Shown: one piece after another, positions 1 through 9,976 of the stretch
Layout: each line of letters opens with the position of its first letter
Position numbering within the stretch: position 1 is the stretch's first letter
Assembly (NCBI GenBank): GCA_030156535.1
Contig: JASGMJ010000020.1
Coordinates: 3,571-67,570, forward strand
Origin: Candidatus Sumerlaeota bacterium
GTDB lineage: Bacteria > Sumerlaeota > Sumerlaeia > SLMS01 > JAHLLQ01
Reading direction: 5' to 3'
Length of the DNA: 64,000 nucleotides
Notes under the pieces: model-generated
The model's input: the letters and a program-made list of their open reading frames with translations, nothing else
The model's database searches: none
Told to the model about the DNA's origin: nothing
Program-made: the position numbers and the translations under genes

Positions 1-1
1 C

Positions 2-1324
2 CTCGCGATGCTTGGCGCAACGGACGGCACGGGGCGCTTGACGGCGCTGGGCAGGGTCCTGGCGCGTCTGCCGCTGCATCCGCGCCTCGGAGTGCTGCTC
101 GTGCATGGCGCCCGCGCAGGCGTGCCGCGCGAAGCCGCCGCCGTGGCCGCGTGGCTCTCCGAGGGCATGCCTCCGCGCGAAGCGGCAAGACACCACGACG
201 GCGCGTCGGACGTGCTGGAGTGGCTGGAGGATTTCGAGAGCGGCGGAGGCGGACCCGCAGCGCGCTCCATCGCCCGCGTGTGCGACGATCTGCTGCGCCT
301 CTCCGGGCGCGAAGGGCTCACGGCCTTGAAGAACGACGGAACGCGCGAGGAACGTTTGCTGCGCGTGTTCGTTCGCGCCTGGCCCGACCGCGTGACGCGC
401 CGCCGCGAGAACGGTTCGCCGCGCGGCGTCATGGTGGGACGGCGCGGCGTCGTGTTGGAAGAGAGTTCCACCGTCCGGCGCGGCGCCTTCTTTCTTTCGC
501 TCGATCCGCGCGACGTGCCGGGCAGCGGCGAATCCCGCGTGCGCCTCGCCAGCATCGTGCGCCGCGAGTGGCTCGCACACGATCACCCCACCCTTGCGCG
601 CGAGGAAACAACCTACACCTTCAACGACGCGAAACAGAAAGTCGAAGCGTCGCGTTGCTTCCTTTTCGCCGACCTTGAACTGGAAGCGAAATCCCTCGGC
701 ACGCTCCCGGACCGCGCGGCGGCGTCGCGTGTCCTGCGCGAAGCCCTCGCGCCGCGTGCCGCCAAGTTGTTCGCGGACGACGATACGGCCGCCTCGTTTC
801 TCCGCCGCGTGCGTTTCCTGCGCAACGCGATGCCGGAACTGGACCTGCCTTCCTTCGACGAAGACGGGTTGCGCGCCATCGTTGAAGAGGCGTGCGAAGG
901 ATGCGTGTCGCTCGCCGACGTGGAGCGCGGCGGCCTCGTCAGTCTGCTGCGTGCGCGCCTGTCGTGGCGCGGCCAGCAGGCGCTCGACCAGCACGCGCCT
1001 GAGGCCCTGCCGGTACCCTCGGGCAATCGCAAGCGCCTGGAGTACGACGCCGACCCCACGCGTCCGCCCGTGCTCGCCGTGCGCCTGCAGGAAATGTTCG
1101 GCCTCGCGCAAACGCCGCGCATTGCCGGCGGCCGCGTCGCCGTGCTGCTGCACCTGCTCGCCCCCAGCCAGCGCCCCGTGCAAGTCACCCAGGACCTCGC
1201 GGGCTTCTGGGCGCGCACCTACCCCGAGGTTCGCAAGGAACTGCGCGCCCGCTACCCCCGGCACTCCTGGCCCGACGACCCCCTGACGGCACCTGCAACC
1301 GCGAGAGCAAAGCGGAGAGAGTGA
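2..1324 (+). CDS. hrpB: ATP-dependent RNA helicase HrpB, C-terminal ~440 aa (gene begins upstream of the window)
   Basis: The translation resembles the HrpB C-terminal domain. The ORF is open to the window edge. Overlapping ORFs in other frames are Arg/Ala-rich GC artefacts. Confidence 0.75.
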   Translation, partial: LAMLGATDGTGRLTALGRVLARLPLHPRLGVLLVHGARAGVPREAAAVAAWLSEGMPPREAARHHDGASDVLEWLEDFESGGGGPAARSIARVCDDLLRLSGREGLTALKNDGTREERLLRVFVRAWPDRVTRRRENGSPRGVMVGRRGVVLEESSTVRRGAFFLSLDPRDVPGSGESRVRLASIVRREWLAHDHPTLAREETTYTFNDAKQKVEASRCFLFADLELEAKSLGTLPDRAAASRVLREALAPRAAKLFADDDTAASFLRRVRFLRNAMPELDLPSFDEDGLRAIVEEACEGCVSLADVERGGLVSLLRARLSWRGQQALDQHAPEALPVPSGNRKRLEYDADPTRPPVLAVRLQEMFGLAQTPRIAGGRVAVLLHLLAPSQRPVQVTQDLAGFWARTYPEVRKELRARYPRHSWPDDPLTAPATARAKRRE

Positions 1325-1364
1325 AGAGCGTGGTTCGTGGTTCGAACTCGTATGTCACGCCCCC

Positions 1365-2390
1365 TTACGGGCACCAACCCGCAGCCTTGCGGCGGGGGGC
1401 CGCGAAGTGAAGACCGCTAACGTTGGCTGGAACAACATATGGGCGGTAGGCATCGCGCTTGAATGTCATTCCCCAGTTCATCTGCGCCCGAAAATGAGCT
1501 GTCCGGTAGAGGCGCTCGGCGTAGACGACCCAGACATAGGAAAGCCAGACCTTTTCATCCAGGCTCCTGTCCCTTGTGAACACCGTCACAACCGCCGCCT
1601 TTGGCGCGATCAAGAGAAGCGACAGGGGCGAAACGGAGCGCTGGATCAGGGACTCGATGCCGACACCAAACGCTTCCTCGGCCAGATTGGAGGCAAACTC
1701 ATCGAATACGATTTGATCGAATGACTCCCAACTGAGCAGGAAGGCCGTCTTCACGGCGAGAACGTAGTTCTCGGTCGCGTGCACCAAGCTTGGATCGACC
1801 CCACGCGTGTCCAGCGACAGCATCTTTTCAAAGGAGCTCTCGATCATCCGGCGTTGAGTGAACAACCTGGCGTCGCGGAATATCAGATCCTCGACTTGAT
1901 CCGTAAGTTCGACCCGCAACGCTTCGCACCTCTTAAGGTACTCCTCGGTCCTGGGATACCTGCTTCTCCACTCCGAGGTCAGCGTCGAGGGAGGAAGAGG
2001 CAGGTCCAGTGGCTTGGGGCCGATGCTCACCTGCGACGTGCTTCCGACCACCCGGAGTTCCAGCGGCCTGTGACATTCGTCCCCGTACTCCGCACCCTTG
2101 AGTTGAAGATCAACATCGCCCGAGGCGTTGATATTAAGAATCTCGATCGTCCCGAACTCAATGCTTTGGAAGATGAGAATGTGACGACCGTTCTCGATTG
2201 GGGCCTGAATGGTGTAGGGTGCCACGGGGGAGAGGGGATTCTCAAGGTTGTCAAGAAAGACCTGCAAACGAACAGTTGTCGGGTTCGCCTTGACGGTGAG
2301 ATAGTGCAGGGTTTTCTGCTGCTGGGAATAAGCGTTCTCGACGAACATCGCCAGGAAGGCGATGGCGAGAATGGCGGGCAAATGCTTCAT
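1365..2390 (-). CDS. hypothetical secreted protein (N-terminal signal peptide MKHLPAILAIAFLAMFVENAYSQ)
   Basis: Long ORF with a normal amino-acid composition and a clear signal peptide. GC is visibly lower (~55%) than the ~68% flanks. Start taken at the internal ATG at 2390. I recognise no homolog. Confidence 0.55.
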   Translation of the reverse strand: MKHLPAILAIAFLAMFVENAYSQQQKTLHYLTVKANPTTVRLQVFLDNLENPLSPVAPYTIQAPIENGRHILIFQSIEFGTIEILNINASGDVDLQLKGAEYGDECHRPLELRVVGSTSQVSIGPKPLDLPLPPSTLTSEWRSRYPRTEEYLKRCEALRVELTDQVEDLIFRDARLFTQRRMIESSFEKMLSLDTRGVDPSLVHATENYVLAVKTAFLLSWESFDQIVFDEFASNLAEEAFGVGIESLIQRSVSPLSLLLIAPKAAVVTVFTRDRSLDEKVWLSYVWVVYAERLYRTAHFRAQMNWGMTFKRDAYRPYVVPANVSGLHFAAPRRKAAGWCP

Positions 2391-2660
2391 GGCGGCTACT
2401 CTTTCTGCAGGAGTATACACTCTGCTCGCCGTATATTCCAATAAAGAAGTGCCAGGCAATCACGATTAGCCGGAGTTTTGCATGCTGCGATGGGAGTCGA
2501 CGAGAATCCCAGCGGCAGTGGAGCTGGCGTGAATGTCGTGACTGTCGGAAGGGGGCAGCATGATCCCTGAGGAAGCCCTGCTTGGCTCCCCGGCGAGGCC
2601 CGGTGGCGTGCAGAGTCTATGCGCGGCCCCGTGCGATTCAATTTCACGGAATGTCCTGAA

Positions 2661-3845
2661 CTACTCGTGGTCCCGATACGCTTCGTGACATGACTGACAG
2701 CTTTCCGCAAGGCCGAGCCATGCAGCGTCGGTGGCGGGTCTGTCGCCGCGGCCGAGCGCTTCGTCGAGTGCCTCGGCATTCGCACGCAGCGTCTCCATGT
2801 GGGTGCGGAAGTCTTCCTCGGCGGAGGGGTGGCTGCGCAGCCAGTCGCTTGCGTTGCGGGCAATCGTTCGCGCATCGAAGGCGGGCGTCGTGCCGATGGC
2901 CTCCGGCGCGGGAAGCCAACCGTACTCGCGCGCCGCGCGCAGCGAACGGAACGAGCCGTCGAGCTCGCGCATCCAATCGACGAGCGGCGCGTCGTCCGCC
3001 CGGTACGGGTACTCCTCCGGCACGGCCAGGGCATTCTCCATCGTGCGGTCGGCCAGCGGCGTCGTGGCGTCGTACCAATGCCCGACCTCGCCGCGCGAAA
3101 GCCCCAGCCGGTCGAGTAGAAGCAGGGCGCGGTTGCTCCCCCGCCCTTCCCAGAGATTGAGCGCCATCGCCGCAGGCGCGAATGCCCGGGGATCGCCCGG
3201 CCCGGCGTGAATGTAGAACGCCCCCAAATGCGTCGCGAGCGCCCCGATCAACTCGCTGTACTCCGCCGGGGAGAGACGCCCGGCAAGCGTCGGCACGTGA
3301 ACGTAATTCTGGAGGTTGGCGAGCGCGGCGGCCTGGTCCGGCGGAGCTGCATCCAGACTGATCAGCGTCAGCACCCGGTGCTGGCGGCGGAGAATCGCCA
3401 TCGCCTCGGGCGAGGGGGGGCCGTCGCCCACGTAGATGAACCGCCCCAGGTACCAGGCGTTCTCGATCCCCGGCAGGGTAATGCGCAGGGGCGGCGTGCT
3501 TTCCCGGGCGTCGGACGCCACGGCGCGTTCGAGCGCCACCTCGATGGCGCGCGGCGCGGGCACCAGATGGGCCGGCCACTCGAAATCGTACTCTGCACGC
3601 GCCACCGCCCCCGCCAGACAGGCGAGGAGCAGAAGAACGAGGGAGCGCAGCCGATGGGTCAAAGCTCGTGGGTCCGGCGGGGAGTTGTGCCGGACATCGG
3701 GCACCAACCACGGGGGAGGACGCAACCGGGAGTCGGCGGTCAGGGCGTTCCGGGCAGAATCTCCCGTTCTGCTTCGCTCGCCGCTCTTCGACTGGCGATG
3801 CCCGAAGGGAGGGGCTTTCGGCATGTTCCCTGAACCACAGGCCAC
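2661..3845 (-). CDS. periplasmic two-domain protein: N-terminal domain of unknown function fused to a C-terminal cytochrome c'-like (class II cytochrome c) domain with a CXXCH heme motif
   Basis: The C-terminus ...LAESCQSCHEAYRDHE matches the cytochrome c' C-terminal heme-binding signature (CxxCH followed by aromatic-Arg-Asp/Glu). A signal-peptide-like stretch HRLRSLVLLLLACLAGAVARA suggests the real start may be the TTG near 3662. 3845 is the first ATG of the ORF. Confidence 0.55.
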   Translation of the reverse strand: MACGSGNMPKAPPFGHRQSKSGERSRTGDSARNALTADSRLRPPPWLVPDVRHNSPPDPRALTHRLRSLVLLLLACLAGAVARAEYDFEWPAHLVPAPRAIEVALERAVASDARESTPPLRITLPGIENAWYLGRFIYVGDGPPSPEAMAILRRQHRVLTLISLDAAPPDQAAALANLQNYVHVPTLAGRLSPAEYSELIGALATHLGAFYIHAGPGDPRAFAPAAMALNLWEGRGSNRALLLLDRLGLSRGEVGHWYDATTPLADRTMENALAVPEEYPYRADDAPLVDWMRELDGSFRSLRAAREYGWLPAPEAIGTTPAFDARTIARNASDWLRSHPSAEEDFRTHMETLRANAEALDEALGRGDRPATDAAWLGLAESCQSCHEAYRDHE

Positions 3846-3866
3846 GAGAAACGAGTCACGCCCCCC

Positions 3867-5198
3867 TCAGGCTTCCCGGCTTTCCTCGCCGCCTTCACCG
3901 ACATCGAAGGCGGGCACGGCGTCGCGCTGCTTCTCGCGGCGAATGTTGGCGCCGAGAGCCGCGAGCTTGCGCTCGAAGTGCTCGTAGCCGCGCTCCACGT
4001 GGTAGATGCGGCGAACCTGGCTCTCGCCGTGCGCCGCGAGCGCCGCCAGGGTCAGCGCCGCTCCGGCACGCAGGTCCGACGCCATCACCGGTGCGCCATC
4101 GTAGCGTTCCACGCCCCTGATGATTGCCCTGTTCCCCTTCTGACGGATGTTGGCGCCCAGGCGATTGAGCTCCTCAACGTGCATGAAGCGGTCCTGGTAA
4201 ATGCCTTCCTCCACGCGGGAAGTTCCGGGCGTCAGGCCCAGAAGCGTCACGAAGAGCGCCTGCACGTCGGTGGCAAGCTGGGGGTAGGGCCCGGTGGTGA
4301 GATCAAGTGGCTCGGGGTCGCGCGAGGGGCAGCGGCGCACGCGGATCGTGCGTTCCTCGTCGAGCAGCGTAATCTCCGCGCCCCAGCGCAAGAGCTCGCT
4401 CAGCGTCGCGCCCATGTGCGCGGCGGTGACATTCTTCATGACGATGTCGCCGTGGGTCAGCAGCGCGGCCGTGGCGAACGTCGCGGCCTCGATGCGATCG
4501 GGCATCACCGTCCAGTTGACGCCGTTGAGCGTCTTCACGCCATCGATCACCAGCGTGCTGCTGCCGAGCCCCGAAATCCGGGCTCCCATTGCGATCAGAA
4601 ACTCGCCAAGTTCCACGATTTCAGGCTCGCGCGCCGCGTCGTGGATGACCGTGCGTCCCTCCGCCAGCGTCGCCGCCATCAGGATGTTGCACGTCGCGCC
4701 CACCGACGGCCCGAAGGGCCCGGCCAGCGACATCTCCGCCCCCATCAGCCCGTCGTGCACGGCGTGGATGTAGCCGCCGCGCTCGTTCATGTGGACGCCG
4801 AGCGCGCGGAACCCCTTGAGGTGCAGATCAATCGGGCGGCTGCCGATGTTGCAGCCGCCGGGCTTGGAGACCGATGCGCGGTCCAGCCGTGCAATCATCG
4901 GCCCGAACGCGTACATCGACGCGCGCATCTGGCTCATCAATTCGTAGGGTACCCACGGCGTGTCGAACCCCGCCGGGTCGATCGTCATCCGCCCATTGGC
5001 GAACTCCGCGCGCACGTTCATGTGCTCGAGCACACTCTTCATCGAGCGAATGTCGCGCAGATCGGGGACATTCTCCAGCACCGTGGGCGTCTTGGCGAGG
5101 AGGGCCGCGCACATCAGGGGGAGGCAGGCGTTCTTCGATCCACTGATCGTCACCGTGCCGCGCAGGGGCTGGCCGCCTTGAATGACGTACATGTCCAT
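3867..5198 (-). CDS. murA: UDP-N-acetylglucosamine 1-carboxyvinyltransferase
   Basis: The N-terminus MDMYVIQGGQPLRGTVTISGSKNACLPLMCAALLA... is a strong MurA match along its length. It carries a ~25-aa C-terminal extension. Start set at the MDM ATG (5198); the upstream part of the ORF is low-complexity. Confidence 0.9.
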   Translation of the reverse strand: MDMYVIQGGQPLRGTVTISGSKNACLPLMCAALLAKTPTVLENVPDLRDIRSMKSVLEHMNVRAEFANGRMTIDPAGFDTPWVPYELMSQMRASMYAFGPMIARLDRASVSKPGGCNIGSRPIDLHLKGFRALGVHMNERGGYIHAVHDGLMGAEMSLAGPFGPSVGATCNILMAATLAEGRTVIHDAAREPEIVELGEFLIAMGARISGLGSSTLVIDGVKTLNGVNWTVMPDRIEAATFATAALLTHGDIVMKNVTAAHMGATLSELLRWGAEITLLDEERTIRVRRCPSRDPEPLDLTTGPYPQLATDVQALFVTLLGLTPGTSRVEEGIYQDRFMHVEELNRLGANIRQKGNRAIIRGVERYDGAPVMASDLRAGAALTLAALAAHGESQVRRIYHVERGYEHFERKLAALGANIRREKQRDAVPAFDVGEGGEESREA

Positions 5199-5460
5199 GG
5201 GTTCGGAAACCTCCGGGGCTGTCGCGAGCGGCTGCGGGAAACAACTGGACGGGCACGGAGCCGCTCTCTCCGTGTCCAGAGGGCACTTTGAGCGACGTGA
5301 GCGTGGAACCCCGAACAACGTCAAGATCAGAGAGCGGGGCCGTGAAGTTTCTTTCAGGACGTTCTGGAGGCCCCGGGGCTTGGCGAAGCCACCCGTGGTA
5401 ATTGGTTGCCATAAGAAAAGCCTCTCCCGGACTCTTCCCAAAACACGGAAGGTGGGTCGC

Positions 5461-7689
5461 ATGGGCGTCTTTATTGAGATGCTGCGCCGGTTGGTGTACA
5501 CAATCTTCGAGTCGCTCTACCGCGTGGAGGCGGTGGGGCGCGAACGTCTGCCACGCGAAGGCGGCGCGGTGCTCGTGGCCAATCACCAGTCGTACCTCGA
5601 CGCCCTGCTGGTCATGTGGCTGGCCGGCCGCCCCGTGCGCTTTCTGGTCGCCGCGTCCATCATGCAGCGCTGGTGGGTGTGGCCGTTTGCAAAGCTGACC
5701 CGGGCGATCCCCATTGAACGCCATCAGGGGCCGCGCGCCCTGCTGAAGGCCCTGCAGGAGGCCCGCGATGAAGTCGCACGCGGCGGGCTCGTCGGGGTCT
5801 TTCCCGAGGGAGCGGTGACGCGCACGGGGACGTTGCTCCCCTTCCTGCGCGGCTACGAGAAAATCCTCCAGGGCACCGACGCCCCATTGATTCCGGTGGC
5901 CATTGACGGCACGGCGGAAACGGCGTGGGGACGGCTCGACGGCGCGGGGCCTTCGCTGCGCCCGCCCCGGCGCGGCTGGAAGACGCCGCTGCGCGTGGCC
6001 GTCGGCGAGCCCCTGCCCCCCGACCTGCGGCCTCCCGAACTGCGTCAGGAAATCGCCGAACTCCTGATCGAGGCCTTCGAGCTGCGGCGGCGCGAGGAAC
6101 GCCCGCTGCACGCGCTGGCCATCGCGCGCCTGCGCCGCCAGCCACTCGCCCGCCTGACGGGCGACCACGCCTCCCACGGCCCCGTGCCGAACTTCCGCCT
6201 GCTCGCGGGGCTCGTCGCGCTCGGCGAAAAACTCGCTCCCCATTATCGCGACGACGAGGCGATTGGCGTCATGCTGCCCCCGACGCTCGGGGGGATGCTG
6301 ACGAACATGGCGCTCGCCGCTGCCGGGCGCGTGTCGGTAAACCTGAACTACACGTCGTCCGCCCGCATCCTCGATGAAATCCGCGAGGAAGCCGGGGTGC
6401 GCCTGCTCATCACGTCGCGGGTCTTTCTGGAGAAGGCCAACGTCGCCCTCCCAGAGGGACTGGAGCTGCTCTACCTGGAGGACGTGCGCCACACGATCGG
6501 GCGGCTCGACCAATTGAAGGCGCTGGCCATTGGCCTGTTCGCCTCCGTGGAAACGATCGAGGAGCGCCTGGGCCGCACGACGCCCGCGTCACTCGACGAG
6601 ACCGCCGGCCTGCTGTACAGCAGCGGCTCGACCGGGCGCCCCAAGGGCATCCCTCTCACGCACTGGAACATGGTGGCGAACGTGCGCGCGGCCCTGCTTG
6701 CCATACGCCTCCCCGAGCACGCGCGCCTGCTCGGCGCCCTCCCCTTCTTCCATTCCTTCGGCTTCAACGTGGGCCTGTGGCTGCCGCTGCTTGGCGGCAT
6801 CGGCATCGCGTTCCATCCGAGCCCGCTGGACGCACGCGGCGTGGCGGAGTCCATTCGCACGAATCGCGTCACGCACCTGTTCGCAACGCCGTCGTTCCTG
6901 GGGCAGTACCTGCGCCGCGTGGACCCCGGCGACTTCGCGACGCTGGAGTACGTTGTCACCGGCGCAGAGAAGCTGCGCGACTCGATCGCCGACGCCTTCG
7001 AGGAGCGCTTTGGCATCCGCCCCGTCGAGGGCTACGGCTGCACCGAACTCGCCCCCATCGTCGCGCTCTCGGCCAACGATGCCCGCGGGCCGGGAGGCTT
7101 TCAGCGCGCCCACAAACCCGGCGCCGTCGGCGTGCCCATGCTCGGCGTCGCCGTGCGTTTCGCCGATCCCGAAACGGGCGAGCGCGTGCCCATCGGCAAA
7201 ACGGGTGCCTTGCTCGTCGCGGGACCCAACGTGATGGGAGGCTACTACGAACGGCCCGACCTGACGGAGCCGGTGCTCAAAGACGGATGGTACTCCACGG
7301 GCGACCTGGCGCATCTGGACAAGGACGGGTTCCTCCATATCACCGACCGCCTCAGCCGCTTTTCGAAGATCGCCGGCGAGATGGTGCCCCACGGCCGCAT
7401 CGAGGAAGCCCTGCAGGCCGCCGCCGGCGAAAGCGACCCGTGCTTCGCCGTCACGGGCCTGCCCGACGACCGCCGCGGCGAGAGACTGATCGTGCTCACC
7501 ACGTTGCCGCTCGAACGCGCGCGCCGCGCACTCGAAGCCCTGACGGACGAAATCTTCGACCTGCCAGGCCTCTGGATCCCCCGCGAACGCGACCTCCTGC
7601 CCGTCGAGGAAATCCCCGTGCTCGGCACGGGCAAGAAAGACCTCCAACGCATCCGCCAACTCGCACTCGATGCCCAGGCGCAGCAGTAG
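5461..7689 (+). CDS. aas: bifunctional 2-acylglycerophosphoethanolamine acyltransferase / acyl-ACP synthetase (Aas-like): PlsC-type acyltransferase domain fused to an AMP-binding domain
   Basis: The N-terminal half has acyltransferase motifs (VANHQSYLDALLV, FPEGAVTRTG). The C-terminal half has an AMP-binding signature (LLYSSGSTGRPKGIPLTHWN, YGCTE, TGDLAHLDKDGFLHITDRLSRFSKIAGEMV). Start at ATG 5461 (MGVFIEML). Confidence 0.8.
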   Translation: MGVFIEMLRRLVYTIFESLYRVEAVGRERLPREGGAVLVANHQSYLDALLVMWLAGRPVRFLVAASIMQRWWVWPFAKLTRAIPIERHQGPRALLKALQEARDEVARGGLVGVFPEGAVTRTGTLLPFLRGYEKILQGTDAPLIPVAIDGTAETAWGRLDGAGPSLRPPRRGWKTPLRVAVGEPLPPDLRPPELRQEIAELLIEAFELRRREERPLHALAIARLRRQPLARLTGDHASHGPVPNFRLLAGLVALGEKLAPHYRDDEAIGVMLPPTLGGMLTNMALAAAGRVSVNLNYTSSARILDEIREEAGVRLLITSRVFLEKANVALPEGLELLYLEDVRHTIGRLDQLKALAIGLFASVETIEERLGRTTPASLDETAGLLYSSGSTGRPKGIPLTHWNMVANVRAALLAIRLPEHARLLGALPFFHSFGFNVGLWLPLLGGIGIAFHPSPLDARGVAESIRTNRVTHLFATPSFLGQYLRRVDPGDFATLEYVVTGAEKLRDSIADAFEERFGIRPVEGYGCTELAPIVALSANDARGPGGFQRAHKPGAVGVPMLGVAVRFADPETGERVPIGKTGALLVAGPNVMGGYYERPDLTEPVLKDGWYSTGDLAHLDKDGFLHITDRLSRFSKIAGEMVPHGRIEEALQAAAGESDPCFAVTGLPDDRRGERLIVLTTLPLERARRALEALTDEIFDLPGLWIPRERDLLPVEEIPVLGTGKKDLQRIRQLALDAQAQQ

Positions 7690-8149
7690 CCAGCTCGAAC
7701 CACGAAAGCGGTGACTCCATTCGGGAGCGCCGTTGCGTCTCGCGGCCGTGCCCGTCCGCGCCACGGGGAACTCCAGGTTCGCCGGGTCGTTCGTCCCAAT
7801 GGCCAGCGTCGCTGTCGTTGGCGGCAGGTTGGCCAGCGCGATGCTCCGGACCCAATCCTGGACCCCGTCAGAACCGCTTCCAGCGCTTCATGGCATCGTC
7901 CCCCCCGCCCCGATAGGGATAACCGTTATTTCCAATCGATCCTTTTGGCAAACACAGAGCCTCCTTCTCTCTGCGAATAATATTCGTGCACGCCAATTAC
8001 TTATTTGTTCTGTGGCATTTGATCAAACATAACATCTTCCCGCTCGTTCCACGATTTGCGATAGCCCCACCCTCACGGCTTCCCCTAGGTATTTGTCCCC
8101 CGGCCGCGACGATTCAGGCCGCACGATCCGAAGGAGAATGGGGTTCCCA

Positions 8150-9841
8150 ATGACTTCTAAAACGAACCAGCTCAACAAGTACAGCGCCCTCCTGACCCAG
8201 GAGGCCCGCCAGGGCGCCAGCCAGGCAATGCTCTATGCCACCAACATGACCGAAGAGGACATGAGCAAGCCACAGGTGGGCATCGGCAGCATGTGGTACG
8301 AGGGCAACCCCTGCAACATGCACCTGAACGACCTGGCCGCACTCGTGGCCGAAGGGATGAAGTCCGCAGGGCTCGTCCCGCGCCGCTTCAACACCATCGG
8401 CGTCAGCGACGGCATCTCGATGGGCACCGACGGCATGAGCTTTTCCCTCCAGTCGCGTGACCTGATTGCCGACTCCATCGAGACGGTGGTGGGCGCGCAT
8501 TACTACGACGGCGTGATTGCGATTCCCGGCTGCGACAAGAACATGCCGGGCTGCATCATTGCGATGGCGCGGCTCGACCGCCCGTCGATCATGGTCTACG
8601 GCGGCACGATTCGCGCCGGACACCATCACGATGAGAAGCTCGACGTCGTGTCCGCTTTCCAGTCCTACGGTGCATGCCTGAGCGGGCAGATCGATGAGGG
8701 CCATCGCAAGGCCATCATCCGGCACGCGTGCCCGGGCGCCGGAGCGTGCGGCGGCATGTACACGGCCAACACCATGGCGTCGGCCATCGAGACGCTCGGC
8801 ATGTCGCTCCCCTACAGTGCCTCCTCGCCTGCGGAATCGGAGGAGAAGGCAGCGGAGTGCCGCAACGCGGGCAAGGCGATGCGCCGCCTGCTCGAACTCG
8901 ACGTCAAGCCGCGCGACATCATGACGCGCAAGGCTTTCGAGAACGCCATCACAGCCGTGGTGGCACTGGGTGGCTCGACGAACGCGGTGCTGCACCTGCT
9001 GGCCATGGCGCGCTCGGTGAACGTGCCGCTGGCCATCGAAGACTTCCAGGCCATCAGTGACAAGACGCCGCTCCTTGCCGACTTCAAGCCCAGCGGCCTG
9101 TACGTGATGGAGGACTTGCAGGCGGCGGGTGGCATTCCGGCCGTCCTCAAGTACCTGCTCGGCAAGGGAATGCTGCACGGCGATTGCATGACGGTGACGG
9201 GCCGGACTCTGGAAGAGAATCTGGCCGACGTGCCGGGGCTGAAGGAAGGCCAGCCGATTGTCTTCCCCGTCGAAAAGCCGATCAAGAAGACCGGCCACCT
9301 GCGCATTCTGAAGGGCAATCTGGCACCCGAAGGCGCCGTCGCCAAGATCACCGGCAAGGAAGGCCTGCGCTTCCGCGGCCCGGCCCGCGTGTTCGACTCG
9401 GAAGAGCAGATGATGGAAGGCTTCGAGCAGAAGAAGATTCAGAAGGGCGACGTGATCGTGATCCGCTACGAGGGCCCCAAGGGCGGACCCGGAATGCCCG
9501 AAATGCTCTCGCCCACCTCGGCGATCATGGGCGCGGGCATGGGCAAGGACGTTGCCCTCATGACAGACGGGCGTTTCTCCGGCGGCTCGCACGGCTTCAT
9601 TGTCGGGCACGTCTGCCCCGAAGCACAGGAGGGCGGCCCCATTGCCCTCGTGCGCGACGGCGACATGATTGTCATCGACGCGGAGAGCAACGAGATCCGC
9701 GTGGAACTCGACGAGAAGGAACTCGCCGCGCGCAAGGCCGCGTGGAAGATGCCGCCGTACAAGGCCACGCGCGGCACGCTCGCCAAGTACATCCGCCTCG
9801 TCAAATCCGCCTCGAACGGATGCGTCACCGACGAAGCATGA
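8150..9841 (+). CDS. ilvD: dihydroxy-acid dehydratase
   Basis: Colinear similarity to IlvD/EDD family proteins ([28 protein letters not shown], Fe-S ligand cysteines). AAGGAG lies about 8 nt upstream of the ATG at 8150. Confidence 0.92.
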   Translation: MTSKTNQLNKYSALLTQEARQGASQAMLYATNMTEEDMSKPQVGIGSMWYEGNPCNMHLNDLAALVAEGMKSAGLVPRRFNTIGVSDGISMGTDGMSFSLQSRDLIADSIETVVGAHYYDGVIAIPGCDKNMPGCIIAMARLDRPSIMVYGGTIRAGHHHDEKLDVVSAFQSYGACLSGQIDEGHRKAIIRHACPGAGACGGMYTANTMASAIETLGMSLPYSASSPAESEEKAAECRNAGKAMRRLLELDVKPRDIMTRKAFENAITAVVALGGSTNAVLHLLAMARSVNVPLAIEDFQAISDKTPLLADFKPSGLYVMEDLQAAGGIPAVLKYLLGKGMLHGDCMTVTGRTLEENLADVPGLKEGQPIVFPVEKPIKKTGHLRILKGNLAPEGAVAKITGKEGLRFRGPARVFDSEEQMMEGFEQKKIQKGDVIVIRYEGPKGGPGMPEMLSPTSAIMGAGMGKDVALMTDGRFSGGSHGFIVGHVCPEAQEGGPIALVRDGDMIVIDAESNEIRVELDEKELAARKAAWKMPPYKATRGTLAKYIRLVKSASNGCVTDEA

Positions 9842-9879
9842 CGCGGGCGGCTCTGCCCACCGCGTGAGTGAAGACAAGA

Positions 9880-9939
9880 GAGGCACGGAGAAAAACGGGA
9901 GGAAAGTTTCCTCCCGCGCTCTCCGTGCCTCGTTTTTTT
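9880..9939. terminator. bidirectional intrinsic terminator between convergent ilvD and the P-loop gene
   Basis: Nested hairpins: GAGGCACGGAG ... CTCCGTGCCTC enclosing GGGAGGAAAGTTTCCTCCC, followed by TTTTTTT on the plus strand. The inner hairpin is followed by a U-run on the minus strand. Confidence 0.5.
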
Positions 9940-9976
9940 GCCGGCTTGGCGTTGCCGCGGGACGGCTCGCTTTTGC

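Noticed and set aside
594-1286. Overlapping +2/+3 frame ORFs within the hrpB region (151-678, 594-1286) and the minus ORF 613-1218
   Set aside because: These are frame artefacts with Arg/Ser/Pro-rich translations. The HrpB-homologous frame is unambiguous.
1331-1350. tRNA-like T-loop sequence GGTTCGAACTC just after the hrpB stop
   Set aside because: There is no acceptor stem, D-arm or anticodon arm around it. It is an isolated motif in a 40-nt convergent intergenic spacer that more likely forms a terminator hairpin (CCCGCAGCC..GCGGCGGGG).
8114-9886. 590-aa minus-strand ORF antisense to ilvD, and similar long antisense ORFs (4828-6513, 9938-11380, 13216-15270, 15839-17158, 24443-26794, 36773-39241, 40121-42151, 42241-44022, 49690-51252, 53110-54879, 59568-61472, 59828-62344, 61755-63881)
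   Set aside because: All have Arg/Ala/Gly/Pro-dominated low-complexity translations typical of stop-codon-poor antisense frames in high-GC DNA. The opposite strand in each case encodes a protein with clear homology and normal composition.
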